Origin: Candidatus Parcubacteria bacterium
GTDB lineage: Bacteria > Patescibacteriota > Minisyncoccia > Phycocordibacterales > UBA2100
Assembly (NCBI GenBank): GCA_041168925.1
Contig: JBEEJY010000008.1
Coordinates: 1 to 61,499 of the forward strand
Length of the DNA stretch: 61,499 nucleotides
Reading direction: 5' to 3'
Made by a program: the position numbers and the translations under genes. Every line of letters starts with the position of its first letter. Position 1 is the first letter of the stretch. Shown here piece after piece: positions 1-8,194 of the stretch. Below the pieces are notes generated by a model that saw only the letters and a program-made list of their open reading frames with translations, had not been told where the DNA came from and did not search any database.

Positions 1-85
1 GTGCGCAGGGGGAGACTCGAACTCCCATGCCCTTGCGGGCGCTACCACCTCAAGGTAGTACGTCTACCAATTTCGCCACCTGCGC
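1..85 (-). tRNA. tRNA-Leu (anticodon GAG), class II long variable arm; 3' end touches window edge
   Basis: The reverse complement folds by hand. Acceptor GCGCAGG/CCTGCGC, D-arm GCGAAATTGGTAGACG-like, anticodon stem-loop CTACC-TTGAGGT-GGTAG, long extra arm, T-arm GGGAG-TTCGAGT-CTCCC, discriminator A. Confidence 0.85.
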
Positions 86-101
86 AGCGACGTAAATATA
101 A

Positions 102-560
102 CTAGTTTTTCTCGAGAGTACCAGCTTCTGCTGCAACCGGTTCAGCTCCTTCGCGTACTTCCGCTTCAGCTTCCGTCTCCAGTTTGGATCCGGTCATCTG
201 ATTGCTCCCCATAAGACGAGTGCGTCGAAGCTGACGGCGCGCTTCGCGCGCCACCTTTTCGCGGATGTAGTAGAGCTTGGCGCGGCGCACTCGCGCGCGC
301 TTCACGACTTCCACTTTGTCTATCATCGGCGAGTAGAGGGGATAAATCTTCTCGACACCCACTCCCGAAGCAACGCGCCGTACTGTGAAGGTGGCGCCGG
401 GCTCGGTGCCGTGTTTCCTGCCCAAGACGAGTCCCTCAAAAATCTGAACGCGATACTTTCCTTTCTCATCGATTTTTTGGTGCACGCGCACCGTATCCCC
501 CGGCCGAAGGTCTAGGTTTTTACGCGCGTCCATATTGACGGGTGAGATTTTCACTGCCAT
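102..560 (-). CDS. rplS: 50S ribosomal protein L19 with acidic C-terminal tail
   Basis: An internal ATG (cat at 558-560) gives [51 protein letters not shown]..., the typical L19 core. The upstream part of ORF 102..800 is a non-coding extension. Confidence 0.93.
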   Translation of the reverse strand: MAVKISPVNMDARKNLDLRPGDTVRVHQKIDEKGKYRVQIFEGLVLGRKHGTEPGATFTVRRVASGVGVEKIYPLYSPMIDKVEVVKRARVRRAKLYYIREKVAREARRQLRRTRLMGSNQMTGSKLETEAEAEVREGAEPVAAEAGTLEKN

Positions 561-857
561 ACGTCGCAGGACTATAGCATTCGGGGGATTAGAAAACAAC
601 TTCGAACGCTTTGTACGCTCCGGTCGGGGTGCGCCATTCGATTTCGATATTTGATACTCGGGCGAGGAAGGGGCCGCGGCGCACATGCGCCAAAAAATTC
701 TCCAACTCGGGGCGGAAGCCTTATGCGAGGATCTCAACGGCAAAGTCCGGCAGGTTGTGCACGTAGCCGGCGAGCGCCATATGCCTCGCATGCTTCGCAT
801 CCATCGGATCCTGATGATGCTGTTTCGTACACCCGATTTCAGTTATCATAGAAAAAT

Positions 858-933
858 GGGCGGTTAGCTCAGTTGGTAGAGCGACTGATTTACACTCAGT
901 AGGCCGCGGGTTCAAGTCCTGCACCGCCCACCA
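858..933 (+). tRNA. tRNA-Val (anticodon TAC), CCA encoded
   Basis: GGGCGGTTAGCTCAGTTGGTAGAGCG...ACTGA-TTTACAC-TCAGT...GCGGG-TTCAAGT-CCTGC-ACCGCCC-A-CCA; cloverleaf folded by hand. Confidence 0.9.
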
Positions 934-942
934 TCCTTTAAT

Positions 943-1036
943 TGCAGAATACTTGAAATAGCTCGAACCAGCGCCGCCGCCCCCACCGGCGGCGCAAAAC
1001 CCCCACAGGAAAACGGCGCGGCGAAGCCGCACCGCT
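943..1036. repeat. Inverted repeat arm A (94 bp), perfect reverse complement of 2223-2316
   Basis: Base-by-base hand alignment gives 94/94 identity. The arm begins with TGC, 9 nt after the CCA of tRNA-Val. It contains a GC hairpin, GCGCCGCCG-ccccac-CGGCGGCGC. Confidence 0.95.
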
Positions 1037-1119
1037 GACAATATCAAATTTTTCTTTGGCGGACTAGGTACGGGCGTGCGGAGCGCGCACCACTAAATTT
1101 TTTAGTAGACCCAAAAACA

Positions 1120-2037
1120 TCAACGAAATACACTTATGGCCTCATTCCAATTATCGCTTTCTTCTACTCGCGGAGATGAGCCTGTAATATCTCTCCGATA
1201 CGCGATCGGATCTCGGACGAGTAATGGCTCACCGGCGTACGAAAACTCCATGGTAGAAATATCGAAAATATACTGTTGGCGCATACGAATATTATTTTTA
1301 GTTAGATTTGCATCAACGAGGAATAAACATTTGTTACGACCGCTCTGCATAACGAAACGCGTTTCGGTCGCATTTAGAGAGAAGTCAGAAACGACGATGT
1401 CGTCAATCATGTCGATGGTCTTTGCGCTAATCTCCTGCACAGATCGCTTGCAAGAATCTTCATCGCGCAAGGCAGTTTGGATCCATGTTTGTCTTTTGGC
1501 TTCAACGTCAACTTCCTGTTGTGCCTCATTTGCGGAGATCTCGGCGCTACTGGGACCAATACCAACTATCGGGAACCACAACATACGAAATTCCCACGCG
1601 AAGTATGCAGAACCAAGCAAGAGAACAACGCCTATGACTTTTGCCGCGATTGACGGACGAAATAGCAATACTATCCCTCCAGCGAAAGGAATGACGATGA
1701 CACAAAGAGGCAGCAAGAACAAACCGACAATCCAGCCGAGGCCGAACATACTAATACCAAAAGAATCAAGCGGACTTGTACAGACGCCGCCGGAACACGT
1801 GGACGGAACCAAAATGTTCATCAAGAAAAATAGTGCAACGAAAAGACACAGCAAGAAAACAGGCGTCAAAGCAATGTACGCGAAGATTCTTCCGGCAGTC
1901 CATTTCGAGGGCGGCGAAACCGCAGAGGACTGCATAGTTGTTGGGGCTTTGGAACGTCGCATGTCTTTTACCAATGCGTATATGCCCCAAACAACGAAAG
2001 CAACGGCAGCGACTAAAGCAATGGTTCCTATGGACAT
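1120..2037 (-). CDS. Hypothetical polytopic membrane protein (about 5 TM helices plus a C-terminal soluble domain); cargo of the recombinase element
   Basis: ATG at 2035-2037 gives MSIGTIALVAAVAFVVWGIYALV..., followed by several hydrophobic helices. It has low GC like the recombinase gene. The ORF-track extension to 2466 runs through the repeats and starts at TTG. Confidence 0.6.
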   Translation of the reverse strand: MSIGTIALVAAVAFVVWGIYALVKDMRRSKAPTTMQSSAVSPPSKWTAGRIFAYIALTPVFLLCLFVALFFLMNILVPSTCSGGVCTSPLDSFGISMFGLGWIVGLFLLPLCVIVIPFAGGIVLLFRPSIAAKVIGVVLLLGSAYFAWEFRMLWFPIVGIGPSSAEISANEAQQEVDVEAKRQTWIQTALRDEDSCKRSVQEISAKTIDMIDDIVVSDFSLNATETRFVMQSGRNKCLFLVDANLTKNNIRMRQQYIFDISTMEFSYAGEPLLVRDPIAYRRDITGSSPRVEESDNWNEAISVFR

Positions 2038-2222
2038 GGGGATATTATGGCACACCTTTAAGTTGCGCGACACACGAAAGCCCACAACTCTATTCGGGGC
2101 TTCTGAAATTGGTATGCCAAAAAGTTTTCTTTTTCCCGAAACAAATTCAGAGCGGGCTATGCCCGCACCGAATGAGAATGGTTTGCGCCGATGTTTTTCA
2201 CCGGGCTCTTTTGCGGTTTTCG

Positions 2223-2413
2223 AGCGGTGCGGCTTCGCCGCGCCGTTTTCCTGTGGGGGTTTTGCGCCGCCGGTGGGGGCGGCGGCGCTGGTTCGAGCTA
2301 TTTCAAGTATTCTGCACCACATAGGAAATTGCAAGGTGGAGCTCGCCGCCGCGCAGGGCGCGGCGGCTCGCGCGTACTGCAGTTTGGCCTCGAATTCAAA
2401 TTGGCGATTTCGC
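2223..2413. repeat. Abutting inverted repeat arms A' (2223-2316) and B' (2314-2413), overlapping by GCA (= TGC on the other strand)
   Basis: A' is the exact reverse complement of 943-1036. B' is the reverse complement of 3840-3939 with 2 mismatches. Confidence 0.95.
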
Positions 2414-2469
2414 TTTCGAGAAAAAGAAAACTTTTTGTTCATTCCTTTAGCAATTAGAGACAACAAAAT

Positions 2470-3990
2470 ATGAGATACGTACTATACGCCAGAAAATCTA
2501 CAGAGGAAGATGACCGCCAAGTGCTTTCAATTCAAGCTCAGCTTGCTGAGCTTTCTTCGTATTCCGCCAAAGAAAAATTTGATATTGTCGCCTCGTTTTA
2601 CGAGGCGAAAACCGCAAAAGAGCCCGGGCGGACAGGGTTCGCCGAAATGCTGTCATTCATTGAGTGTGGGAAAGCAGACGGCATCATATCGTGGCACCCC
2701 GACCGCCTCGCGCGCAATTCTGTGGACGGCGGTCGAATAATCCACATGGTGGATCGCGGCTTGATTCGTTCCCTCAAATTTCCGACCCACTGGTTTGAAC
2801 CAACCCCGCAAGGCCTCTTTATGCTGAACATTGCTTTCGGGCAGAGTAAATATTTCTCCGACAATTTGCGAGAGAATGTGAAGCGCGGACTACGGCAAAA
2901 GATACGAAACGGCGTATGGCCCGGCTGGGCTCCGGTGGGATACACAAACAACCCCAAGACACGAGGAATTGATGTAGACGAAGTAAACGCTCCCAAAGTG
3001 AAACAGCTATTTGAACTGTATTCCACCGGAGCCTATACACTAAAATCTCTCGCAAATTGGTGCGCCGAACAACATCTCAAAACGAACGCAAACAACCTAG
3101 TGTCATTGAGCAATGTTCAGCATATTCTCCAAAATCCCTTCTACACCGGACTGATGAGATACAAGTCGGAAATCTTTGAGGGGACTCACGAGCCGATCCT
3201 GACAAAGAAACTTTTTGACCGAGTGCAGGAAGTAATGAGCAAGCGCGGCAACACGCACGAAACGAAAAAGCACAACTTCGCATTTCTCGGCCTAATGAAG
3301 TGCGCCTCGTGCGGAGCAAGTATCACGGCACAATACGCAAAGGGCAACGGCGGTATCTACACCTACTACCGCTGTACCAAAAAACGAGGCGCATGTGCCG
3401 AGAAATATCTGCGCGAAGATGTGCTTGAAACGCAAGTCAAATCGTTTCTACAAAAAGTTTCTTTGTCGAGCCAAGACACGCAAAAGGTTTTGGCGGCGTT
3501 GGAACAGGACGAACAACAAGCAAAAGAGGAAGCGCGAACGGAGGCAAAAACTCTGAAAGCGGAACTCTCGACTATGGACAACCAGCTAGAAAAGTTGCTC
3601 AACCTCTTTCTCGCTGACGCGCTATCCACACACGAATACGCCACCAAAAAGAATACTCTCATATCTCAAAAAGTGAGAATGGAAGAGAAAATATCCGATA
3701 TCGAGACTATGGGCGTGTCTTGGCTCGAACCGGCTCGTGAGTTTGTATTATCCTTGAATCAAGCCGCGAATCTGCTCTCCCACAACGACTTGAGCGGAAT
3801 GACAGCATTTCTGAAAAACATCGGCGCGAACCATTCTCTGCGAAATCGCCAATTTGAATTCGAGGCCAAATTACAGTACGCGCGAGCCGCCGCGCCCTGC
3901 GCGGCGGCGAGCTCCACCTTGCAATTTCCTATGTGGTGCCCTCGGTTGGAATCGAACCAACATCAGCGGCTTAGAAGTCCGCAGTTCTGA
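2470..3990 (+). CDS. Large serine recombinase (resolvase catalytic domain, recombinase domain, zinc ribbon, coiled coil)
   Basis: N-terminus MRYVLYARKSTEEDDRQVLSIQAQ (catalytic Ser motif), ...ISWHPDRLARN; Cys cluster CASCGAS...YYRCTKKRGAC; long charged coiled coil. The last roughly 50 codons are encoded by repeat B and the antisense of tRNA-Arg. Confidence 0.9.
   Translation: MRYVLYARKSTEEDDRQVLSIQAQLAELSSYSAKEKFDIVASFYEAKTAKEPGRTGFAEMLSFIECGKADGIISWHPDRLARNSVDGGRIIHMVDRGLIRSLKFPTHWFEPTPQGLFMLNIAFGQSKYFSDNLRENVKRGLRQKIRNGVWPGWAPVGYTNNPKTRGIDVDEVNAPKVKQLFELYSTGAYTLKSLANWCAEQHLKTNANNLVSLSNVQHILQNPFYTGLMRYKSEIFEGTHEPILTKKLFDRVQEVMSKRGNTHETKKHNFAFLGLMKCASCGASITAQYAKGNGGIYTYYRCTKKRGACAEKYLREDVLETQVKSFLQKVSLSSQDTQKVLAALEQDEQQAKEEARTEAKTLKAELSTMDNQLEKLLNLFLADALSTHEYATKKNTLISQKVRMEEKISDIETMGVSWLEPAREFVLSLNQAANLLSHNDLSGMTAFLKNIGANHSLRNRQFEFEAKLQYARAAAPCAAASSTLQFPMWCPRLESNQHQRLRSPQF
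3840..3939. repeat. Inverted repeat arm B (100 bp), 98/100 identical to the reverse complement of 2314-2413
   Basis: Hand alignment. The only differences are 3871 and 3873 (TTA here versus CTG in the other copy). The arm ends in TGC, overlapping the 3' end of tRNA-Arg. It contains the hairpin GCCGCCGCGC-cct-GCGCGGCGGC. Confidence 0.95.
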
Positions 3991-4009
3991 TCCATTGAAC
4001 TACGAGGGC
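3934..4009 (-). tRNA. tRNA-Arg (anticodon TCT), CCA encoded; A31-G39 mismatch in the anticodon stem
   Basis: The reverse complement reads GCCCTCG-TA-GTTC...GAAC-T-GCGGA-CTTCTAA-GCCGC-TGAT-GTTGG-TTCGATT-CCAAC-CGAGGGC-A-CCA. Confidence 0.82.
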
Positions 4010-4077
4010 AGAAGCGTGCAAAATGAGAATACAACGTAATCCGCGTCTCGGCGAGCCACGTATGTCTGTAAAATAGA

Positions 4078-4410
4078 CTACCGATTCGGATCCGCGATGA
4101 GCGCCGGGGGGCTGGACTTGAAATTGAGAAAATTCGTCTGACGAATTTTGAATGTCCGTACCGTATCCTCGAGCGCAGAGCGGCTGAAGGGCGCGGGCGG
4201 CGGCGCCGACGTGTCCGTCGACGCGGCGATCGCGTTCAAGACCCCGATCAAATCCCAGGTGCCGTAGAAGAATATCGCGACGAGTGCGACGAGTGCGCTG
4301 CACAGGAGCACTCGCCAGTACACGAGCGCAATGACGCGAACGCCCTCCGGCTCGCTCTTGCCATCGATGAACTCTCGAAAGGTGCCGAATATATCTGCGC
4401 TGAATTTCAT
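4078..4410 (-). CDS. Hypothetical single-pass membrane protein, last gene of the pilMNO operon
   Basis: ATG at 4408-4410 gives MKFSADIFGTFREF... with one TM helix (VIALVYWRVLLCSALVALVAIFFYG). It lies just downstream of the pilO-like gene. Confidence 0.45.
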   Translation of the reverse strand: MKFSADIFGTFREFIDGKSEPEGVRVIALVYWRVLLCSALVALVAIFFYGTWDLIGVLNAIAASTDTSAPPPAPFSRSALEDTVRTFKIRQTNFLNFKSSPPALIADPNR

Positions 4411-4442
4411 ATGCCTGATCCGTCCATGATAGCTTGCTTCGC

Positions 4443-4997
4443 TCACACAGATGCTCCTGAAGACGTGAGCACCTTGATATAGAGGTCGAGATGCCATGTC
4501 TCAGGGATTTTCTCACCCGCTTGGTGCGGTGGCTGGAATACATCGAAGCGCTCAATGCGCGAGGGCACGGGAAGCGTCTCGAAAAGCGCGACCGCGCGCA
4601 TGAGATTCGAAAACGAACCATCAGCGCCCACGGTGAAGCCGATCGCCTGTGCCGAAACCCCGCCCGGAAGAGATGCCGAGGGGCCTTCCGGGAGCACGCT
4701 CGAAACTTCCGCTTTGACGCCGATCGCTTTTGCGTTCGTTTCGATCGCGTCCGCAACGGACACCACATCGACATCAAGGAGAGTTGCGAGTCCCGCGCGT
4801 GAATCCCTCGTCTCCGCGGCAAGTGCGTGAGCGCGAAGCGCGGTAGCGGCATCGACCGACGATTGACGCGTGGCAACGACACGCGAACGGCGGTCATGTT
4901 CGGCCTGCGAAATCGTCCAGGCAAACGCGGCAGCGGTGCCCCACGCGAGAATCGCGAGGATTAATGCGCCGTATGCGATGAGGGTGATGCGCGACAT
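4443..4997 (-). CDS. pilO: Type IV pilus assembly protein PilO-like (bitopic)
   Basis: MSRITLIAYGALILAILAWG is an N-terminal TM helix followed by a periplasmic domain. Position follows pilM-pilN. The assignment rests on architecture and synteny only. Confidence 0.5.
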   Translation of the reverse strand: MSRITLIAYGALILAILAWGTAAAFAWTISQAEHDRRSRVVATRQSSVDAATALRAHALAAETRDSRAGLATLLDVDVVSVADAIETNAKAIGVKAEVSSVLPEGPSASLPGGVSAQAIGFTVGADGSFSNLMRAVALFETLPVPSRIERFDVFQPPHQAGEKIPETWHLDLYIKVLTSSGASV

Positions 4998-5002
4998 AAC
5001 GG

Positions 5003-5515
5003 TCAAAAGTTACCCCTAAGAGTGACGGAAAAGGTCCCGCTCCCGCTGCCTGCCAAATCGGAGATTGGAACGGAAACGGTCTTGAAAAGCTTTTCGGTGG
5101 AAAGCGCGGCGCGGTACGCCTTGATATTCTCTCGACTGAAGGCCGACCCGTTCACGATAATCACGCTCTCGGCGCCTCGCGCGTACGATATCCGATCGAT
5201 CGCAACCCCCTTCGGACGCGCAGTGATCGCGCGCCTCACGGCTTCGGTGACATCCGTTGTCGTCGCGTAGGGAGAGAGCAGCGCAAGAAGCGCTTGCGCG
5301 TGCGCAATCGCGTCTTGGTCGTCTTTCGTGGCGATGTCGGCAGATTTCGCGGGTGCGGCGCTCTCGTCCACGCGAAGCGCGAGGTAGCTCGGCAGCAGCG
5401 AGAGCAGCGCGAGTATGGCGAGCACGAGAATCACAAGCGCGCCGAGCAAGACGAGACGCGATCGGTATGTGCTCCACGTCGATTTCGCCTCGATCAGCGG
5501 CAAGACGTTACTCAT
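5003..5515 (-). CDS. pilN: Type IV pilus assembly protein PilN-like (bitopic)
   Basis: MSNVLPLIEAK...LVLLGALVILVLAILALLSLLPSYL is a TM helix. The start overlaps the pilM stop (ATGA at 5512-5515). Confidence 0.55.
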   Translation of the reverse strand: MSNVLPLIEAKSTWSTYRSRLVLLGALVILVLAILALLSLLPSYLALRVDESAAPAKSADIATKDDQDAIAHAQALLALLSPYATTTDVTEAVRRAITARPKGVAIDRISYARGAESVIIVNGSAFSRENIKAYRAALSTEKLFKTVSVPISDLAGSGSGTFSVTLRGNF

Positions 5516-6633
5516 ACAAGGGGTTCGACGGCTCGCAGCGCGAGGCCAATCGCAGTCGCGTATTGAAGCGAGGCTCGGCGATCGATCGACGGTACGTACT
5601 CGTTGAAGTTGCAAACGTGGCGCCAGACATCTCCGCAGAAAGCGGGTGCTTGCACGCGCCCGGCGATGTAGTCCGAGAGGCCGTTCAAATTGGAGCTGCC
5701 ACCGACGAGTACGACCCTCTCGACAGGAGTCATCCGCTCGCCGCGTTCGTTGCGTCTCGTATCCCAGTAATGGTAGTGACGGGCGACCTCGTCTGCGAGC
5801 GCGGACGCGACCGGCGTCACGGCCTCGGATCCCGGTGATTTTGCGCCGTCCCCGCTCACAAGCCCCTGTTCGTTGCGAAACGTGATCGCATCTTCCGGAG
5901 TGAGCTTGAGTTTCTCGACGAGCGCGCGCGTAATGGCGTCTCCGCCGACCTCTACGGTCGAGGTGAAAATGGGAATGCCGCGCTTTAAAACGGCAAAACC
6001 GGTACGGGCGCGTCCGAAATCTACGAGGAGCGAGATCGGCTCGCCGCTTTGCGCGCTCGTGACCGCGCGGGCGATCGAGCGCGCCTCGATCTCGAGCGAA
6101 AGGAGCCCAATGCCCGCCTTCGCAAACGCGGAGACATAACTTTCTGCGAGCTCGCGAGGAAACACCGCCACCCCGATATCAGCCCCGACGCCGTCGTGCG
6201 TTTGAATGACATCGAAGTCGAAGACTGCTTCCGAGGGCGGGATCGGTACGCGGCCTTCAAACTCGAACTCGATCATGTGCAAGATTTCCGAGCGCTTCGT
6301 TCCGTCAGGCACGTGCATTTCAAACACGTAAGCCGCCTCTTCCGGCAAGGCCGCGTGCGCGTAGACGATTCCGCGCAGCTGCCGCCGTACTTCGTGAAGC
6401 GCTTCGGCGAGCGCGTCCACGTTTTGTATCACGCCGTTTATAACGATCCCCTCTTGGAGGGGTTGCTCGCCGGACGTCCCTATCTCGTACCCGTCGGCGG
6501 CGGACGAAAGGGCAAGCCATTTCACCGACGCGTCGGAAATATCGATTCCTGCCGATGCGGGGTAAATGAGCGATGGCGTCGGGAACCATCGCGCAAGCGC
6601 ACGCGAAAAAGACTGCGCACCGATGCGTTGCAT
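5512..6633 (-). CDS. pilM: Type IV pilus assembly ATPase-fold protein PilM (actin-like)
   Basis: GIDISDASVKWLAL..., LLVDFGRARTGF, VVLVGGSSNLNGLSDYI are typical PilM/FtsA-like phosphate and adenosine motifs; 373 aa. Confidence 0.85.
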   Translation of the reverse strand: MQRIGAQSFSRALARWFPTPSLIYPASAGIDISDASVKWLALSSAADGYEIGTSGEQPLQEGIVINGVIQNVDALAEALHEVRRQLRGIVYAHAALPEEAAYVFEMHVPDGTKRSEILHMIEFEFEGRVPIPPSEAVFDFDVIQTHDGVGADIGVAVFPRELAESYVSAFAKAGIGLLSLEIEARSIARAVTSAQSGEPISLLVDFGRARTGFAVLKRGIPIFTSTVEVGGDAITRALVEKLKLTPEDAITFRNEQGLVSGDGAKSPGSEAVTPVASALADEVARHYHYWDTRRNERGERMTPVERVVLVGGSSNLNGLSDYIAGRVQAPAFCGDVWRHVCNFNEYVPSIDRRASLQYATAIGLALRAVEPLV

Positions 6634-6663
6634 CGCACATAAGTATACCGCGATTCCTCGGCG

Positions 6664-6993
6664 CTATTTCAATCTCGTCCCGTTTGGGAGCGGACGCTCG
6701 GCGATAAGAAGCGCCGCCCCTTCCTCGTCGGAGGCGGCGAGCAACATTCCCTGACTCTCGACTCCTCGGAGCACTCTCGGCGCGAGATTCACGACGTAGG
6801 GCAATTGCTTGCCGACCAGCTCTTCCGGTTTTTTCCACTGCGCGATTCCGGATACGATCGTGCGCTGACCAAGATCGCCGAAATCGACCGTGCATCTGAT
6901 GAGTTTGTCGGTGTCGGGCACGAGCTCGGCAGTCTGTATTGTCCCGATCCGTATATCAAGCCTCGCAAAATCTTCGTATGAAATCTCGGGCAT
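6664..6993 (-). CDS. tRNA-binding domain protein (CsaA / MetRS C-terminal EMAP-like OB fold)
   Basis: DFARLDIRIGTI...AELVPDTDKLIRCTVDFG...RTIVSGIAQW...LVGKQLPYVVNLAPRVLRGVESQGMLLAA. Confidence 0.8.
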   Translation of the reverse strand: MPEISYEDFARLDIRIGTIQTAELVPDTDKLIRCTVDFGDLGQRTIVSGIAQWKKPEELVGKQLPYVVNLAPRVLRGVESQGMLLAASDEEGAALLIAERPLPNGTRLK

Positions 6994-6998
6994 GATGG

Positions 6999-7382
6999 TT
7001 ACTGTACCCCATCGAGGTAGCGCTGCAAAATGATGGCTGCGGCGGCAGCGTCATCGTGGGTTTTCCCTGCGGGAGCGTATCGCGATGCTTCGACTGATGA
7101 AAAAACTTCCATCGCGCGCTTCACGGGGACATCGACGAGGTTCGTAAGCGCGTCGGCAAACGAATCGGCTTCTTTGGTCACGGGATTTTCCGCGCCGCCG
7201 AAGGATCGGGCATCCCCGACCACGATGACCGCGATCTTCTCCTTCTCGACGTACGCAGCGAGCCGCTCGAGGAGCGAAGCATCGTTGGGGAAAGTTTCCC
7301 GCGGGAACGCGAGCGCGCCATCAGGGTCCGATACCGCGAGTCCGACGCGTTTCGTCCCGTAATCGATACCGAGGTGCTTCAT
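6999..7382 (-). CDS. ruvX: Putative pre-16S rRNA nuclease / Holliday junction resolvase-like YqgF
   Basis: MKHLGIDYGTKRVGLAVSD...IAVIVVGDA...AAAIILQRYLD. A TATACT box lies 7 nt upstream of the ATG. Confidence 0.85.
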   Translation of the reverse strand: MKHLGIDYGTKRVGLAVSDPDGALAFPRETFPNDASLLERLAAYVEKEKIAVIVVGDARSFGGAENPVTKEADSFADALTNLVDVPVKRAMEVFSSVEASRYAPAGKTHDDAAAAAIILQRYLDGVQ

Positions 7383-7498
7383 GAACGCGAGTATAGCAAA
7401 AAGCCGCATCGGGGTCGTGATGCGGCTTTTTGCATTATTTTCCGGATGCTTCGAGAGCATCGGATACTTTCTACTACAGAGTACCGGCTTTCCGTATT

Positions 7499-8194
7499 TC
7501 ACTCCCTGACTTCGCGTATGCCAAACGCCCGTATCGTATCGGTACTCGTCTCGTCCCCGATCACGACGACGAAATCGCCAGGCTCGAAATCCGCGCCAAA
7601 CGGAAGCCGTGTGCCGCGCGAGATCAAAACAGTCGAGGTCGCGTCTTTAAAATCCGCGAGGATGAATCCCTCGGGCAGAATCCGCGCTATGACACCGTGA
7701 TAGAGTTCTTTCTCGCGCGGCGGGCGCAAACCGGTACCGTACAAAAACCCCGCGGGAGGAGGCAGGTTGCCATGATGCGCTCCATCAGCCAGCTGTCGAT
7801 GAAGCGGGCTCTCCCCGACAGCCCATCCGCCCAAGAATACGATTGAGACGATGACGATGAGAGATGCGATGAGCGGCTTCTGATAGACGAACCGGTAGCG
7901 GCGCGCGAGGAGCTGCAAAAGCGCGATGAACACCAGAACCAGAGTGATAAGAATCCACGGCAATCCGCGCAAGAGAACGAACCATCCGCGCATTCCGAAG
8001 CTTGGCGTAAAAAGCGCGCCGCTTTCGCGCATAAAAAAGACGGCGAGCGACGCGACGTAGACGAGCAAGAGAGAGACAATCGCGACCCCGACGACGCCAA
8101 ACGCGGAGTAGATCAGGAAATGCCAGCGCGGGCGCATGCGTACGCGGCCTTCTGCGATTGCCTCCATGACGACGCCCTTGAGCGAATCATTCAT
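7499..8194 (-). CDS. Membrane protein co-translated with the ECF sigma factor (possible anti-sigma; no zinc-ASD motif seen)
   Basis: ATGA overlap with the sigma gene stop (8191-8194). Four predicted TM helices and a C-terminal soluble domain. Confidence 0.45.
   Translation of the reverse strand: MNDSLKGVVMEAIAEGRVRMRPRWHFLIYSAFGVVGVAIVSLLLVYVASLAVFFMRESGALFTPSFGMRGWFVLLRGLPWILITLVLVFIALLQLLARRYRFVYQKPLIASLIVIVSIVFLGGWAVGESPLHRQLADGAHHGNLPPPAGFLYGTGLRPPREKELYHGVIARILPEGFILADFKDATSTVLISRGTRLPFGADFEPGDFVVVIGDETSTDTIRAFGIREVRE

Larger units (their letters stand above)
943..3939. mobile_element. Putative integrated and/or invertible large-serine-recombinase element between convergent tRNA-Val and tRNA-Arg(TCT)
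   Basis: The interior (about 1040-2210 and 2420-3830) is visibly AT-richer than the surroundings. It encodes a large serine recombinase plus one membrane-protein cargo gene. It is bounded and bisected by inverted repeat pairs A/A' and B/B' that share a TGC junction. Confidence 0.6.

Noticed and set aside
102-800. Upstream extensions of several ORF-track entries (rplS to 800, ruvX to 7502, riboflavin kinase to 10583, ruvA from 17014, trmH to 20618, yebC from 32562, VirB4 to 45817)
   Set aside because: The extensions lack family homology, overlap tRNAs or neighbouring genes, and bypass internal ATGs. Those internal ATGs match family N-termini and are preceded by -10 boxes or coupled stops.
2038-2466. 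N-terminal 143-codon extension of the membrane-protein ORF through repeats A' and B'
   Set aside because: It starts at TTG and encodes low-complexity, repeat-derived sequence. The ATG at 2035-2037 begins directly with a TM helix. The open frame is noted under the recombinase-element findings but is not called as coding.
1136-2473. 445-aa plus-strand ORF spanning the element cargo region and the central repeats
   Set aside because: It is antisense to a minus-strand ORF that has clear TM helices. Its translation is compositionally odd (Ser/Arg/Ala-rich with no motifs) and it runs through the non-coding inverted repeats. I treat it as a shadow ORF.
3971-6895. Long alternative-frame and antisense ORFs over the pil operon (3971..4924, 5016..5477, 5257..5838, 6049..6642, 6320..6895)
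   Set aside because: Their Arg/Ala/Ser/Pro-rich translations are typical of off-frame reading in high-GC DNA. Each overlaps a better-supported gene with recognisable architecture.
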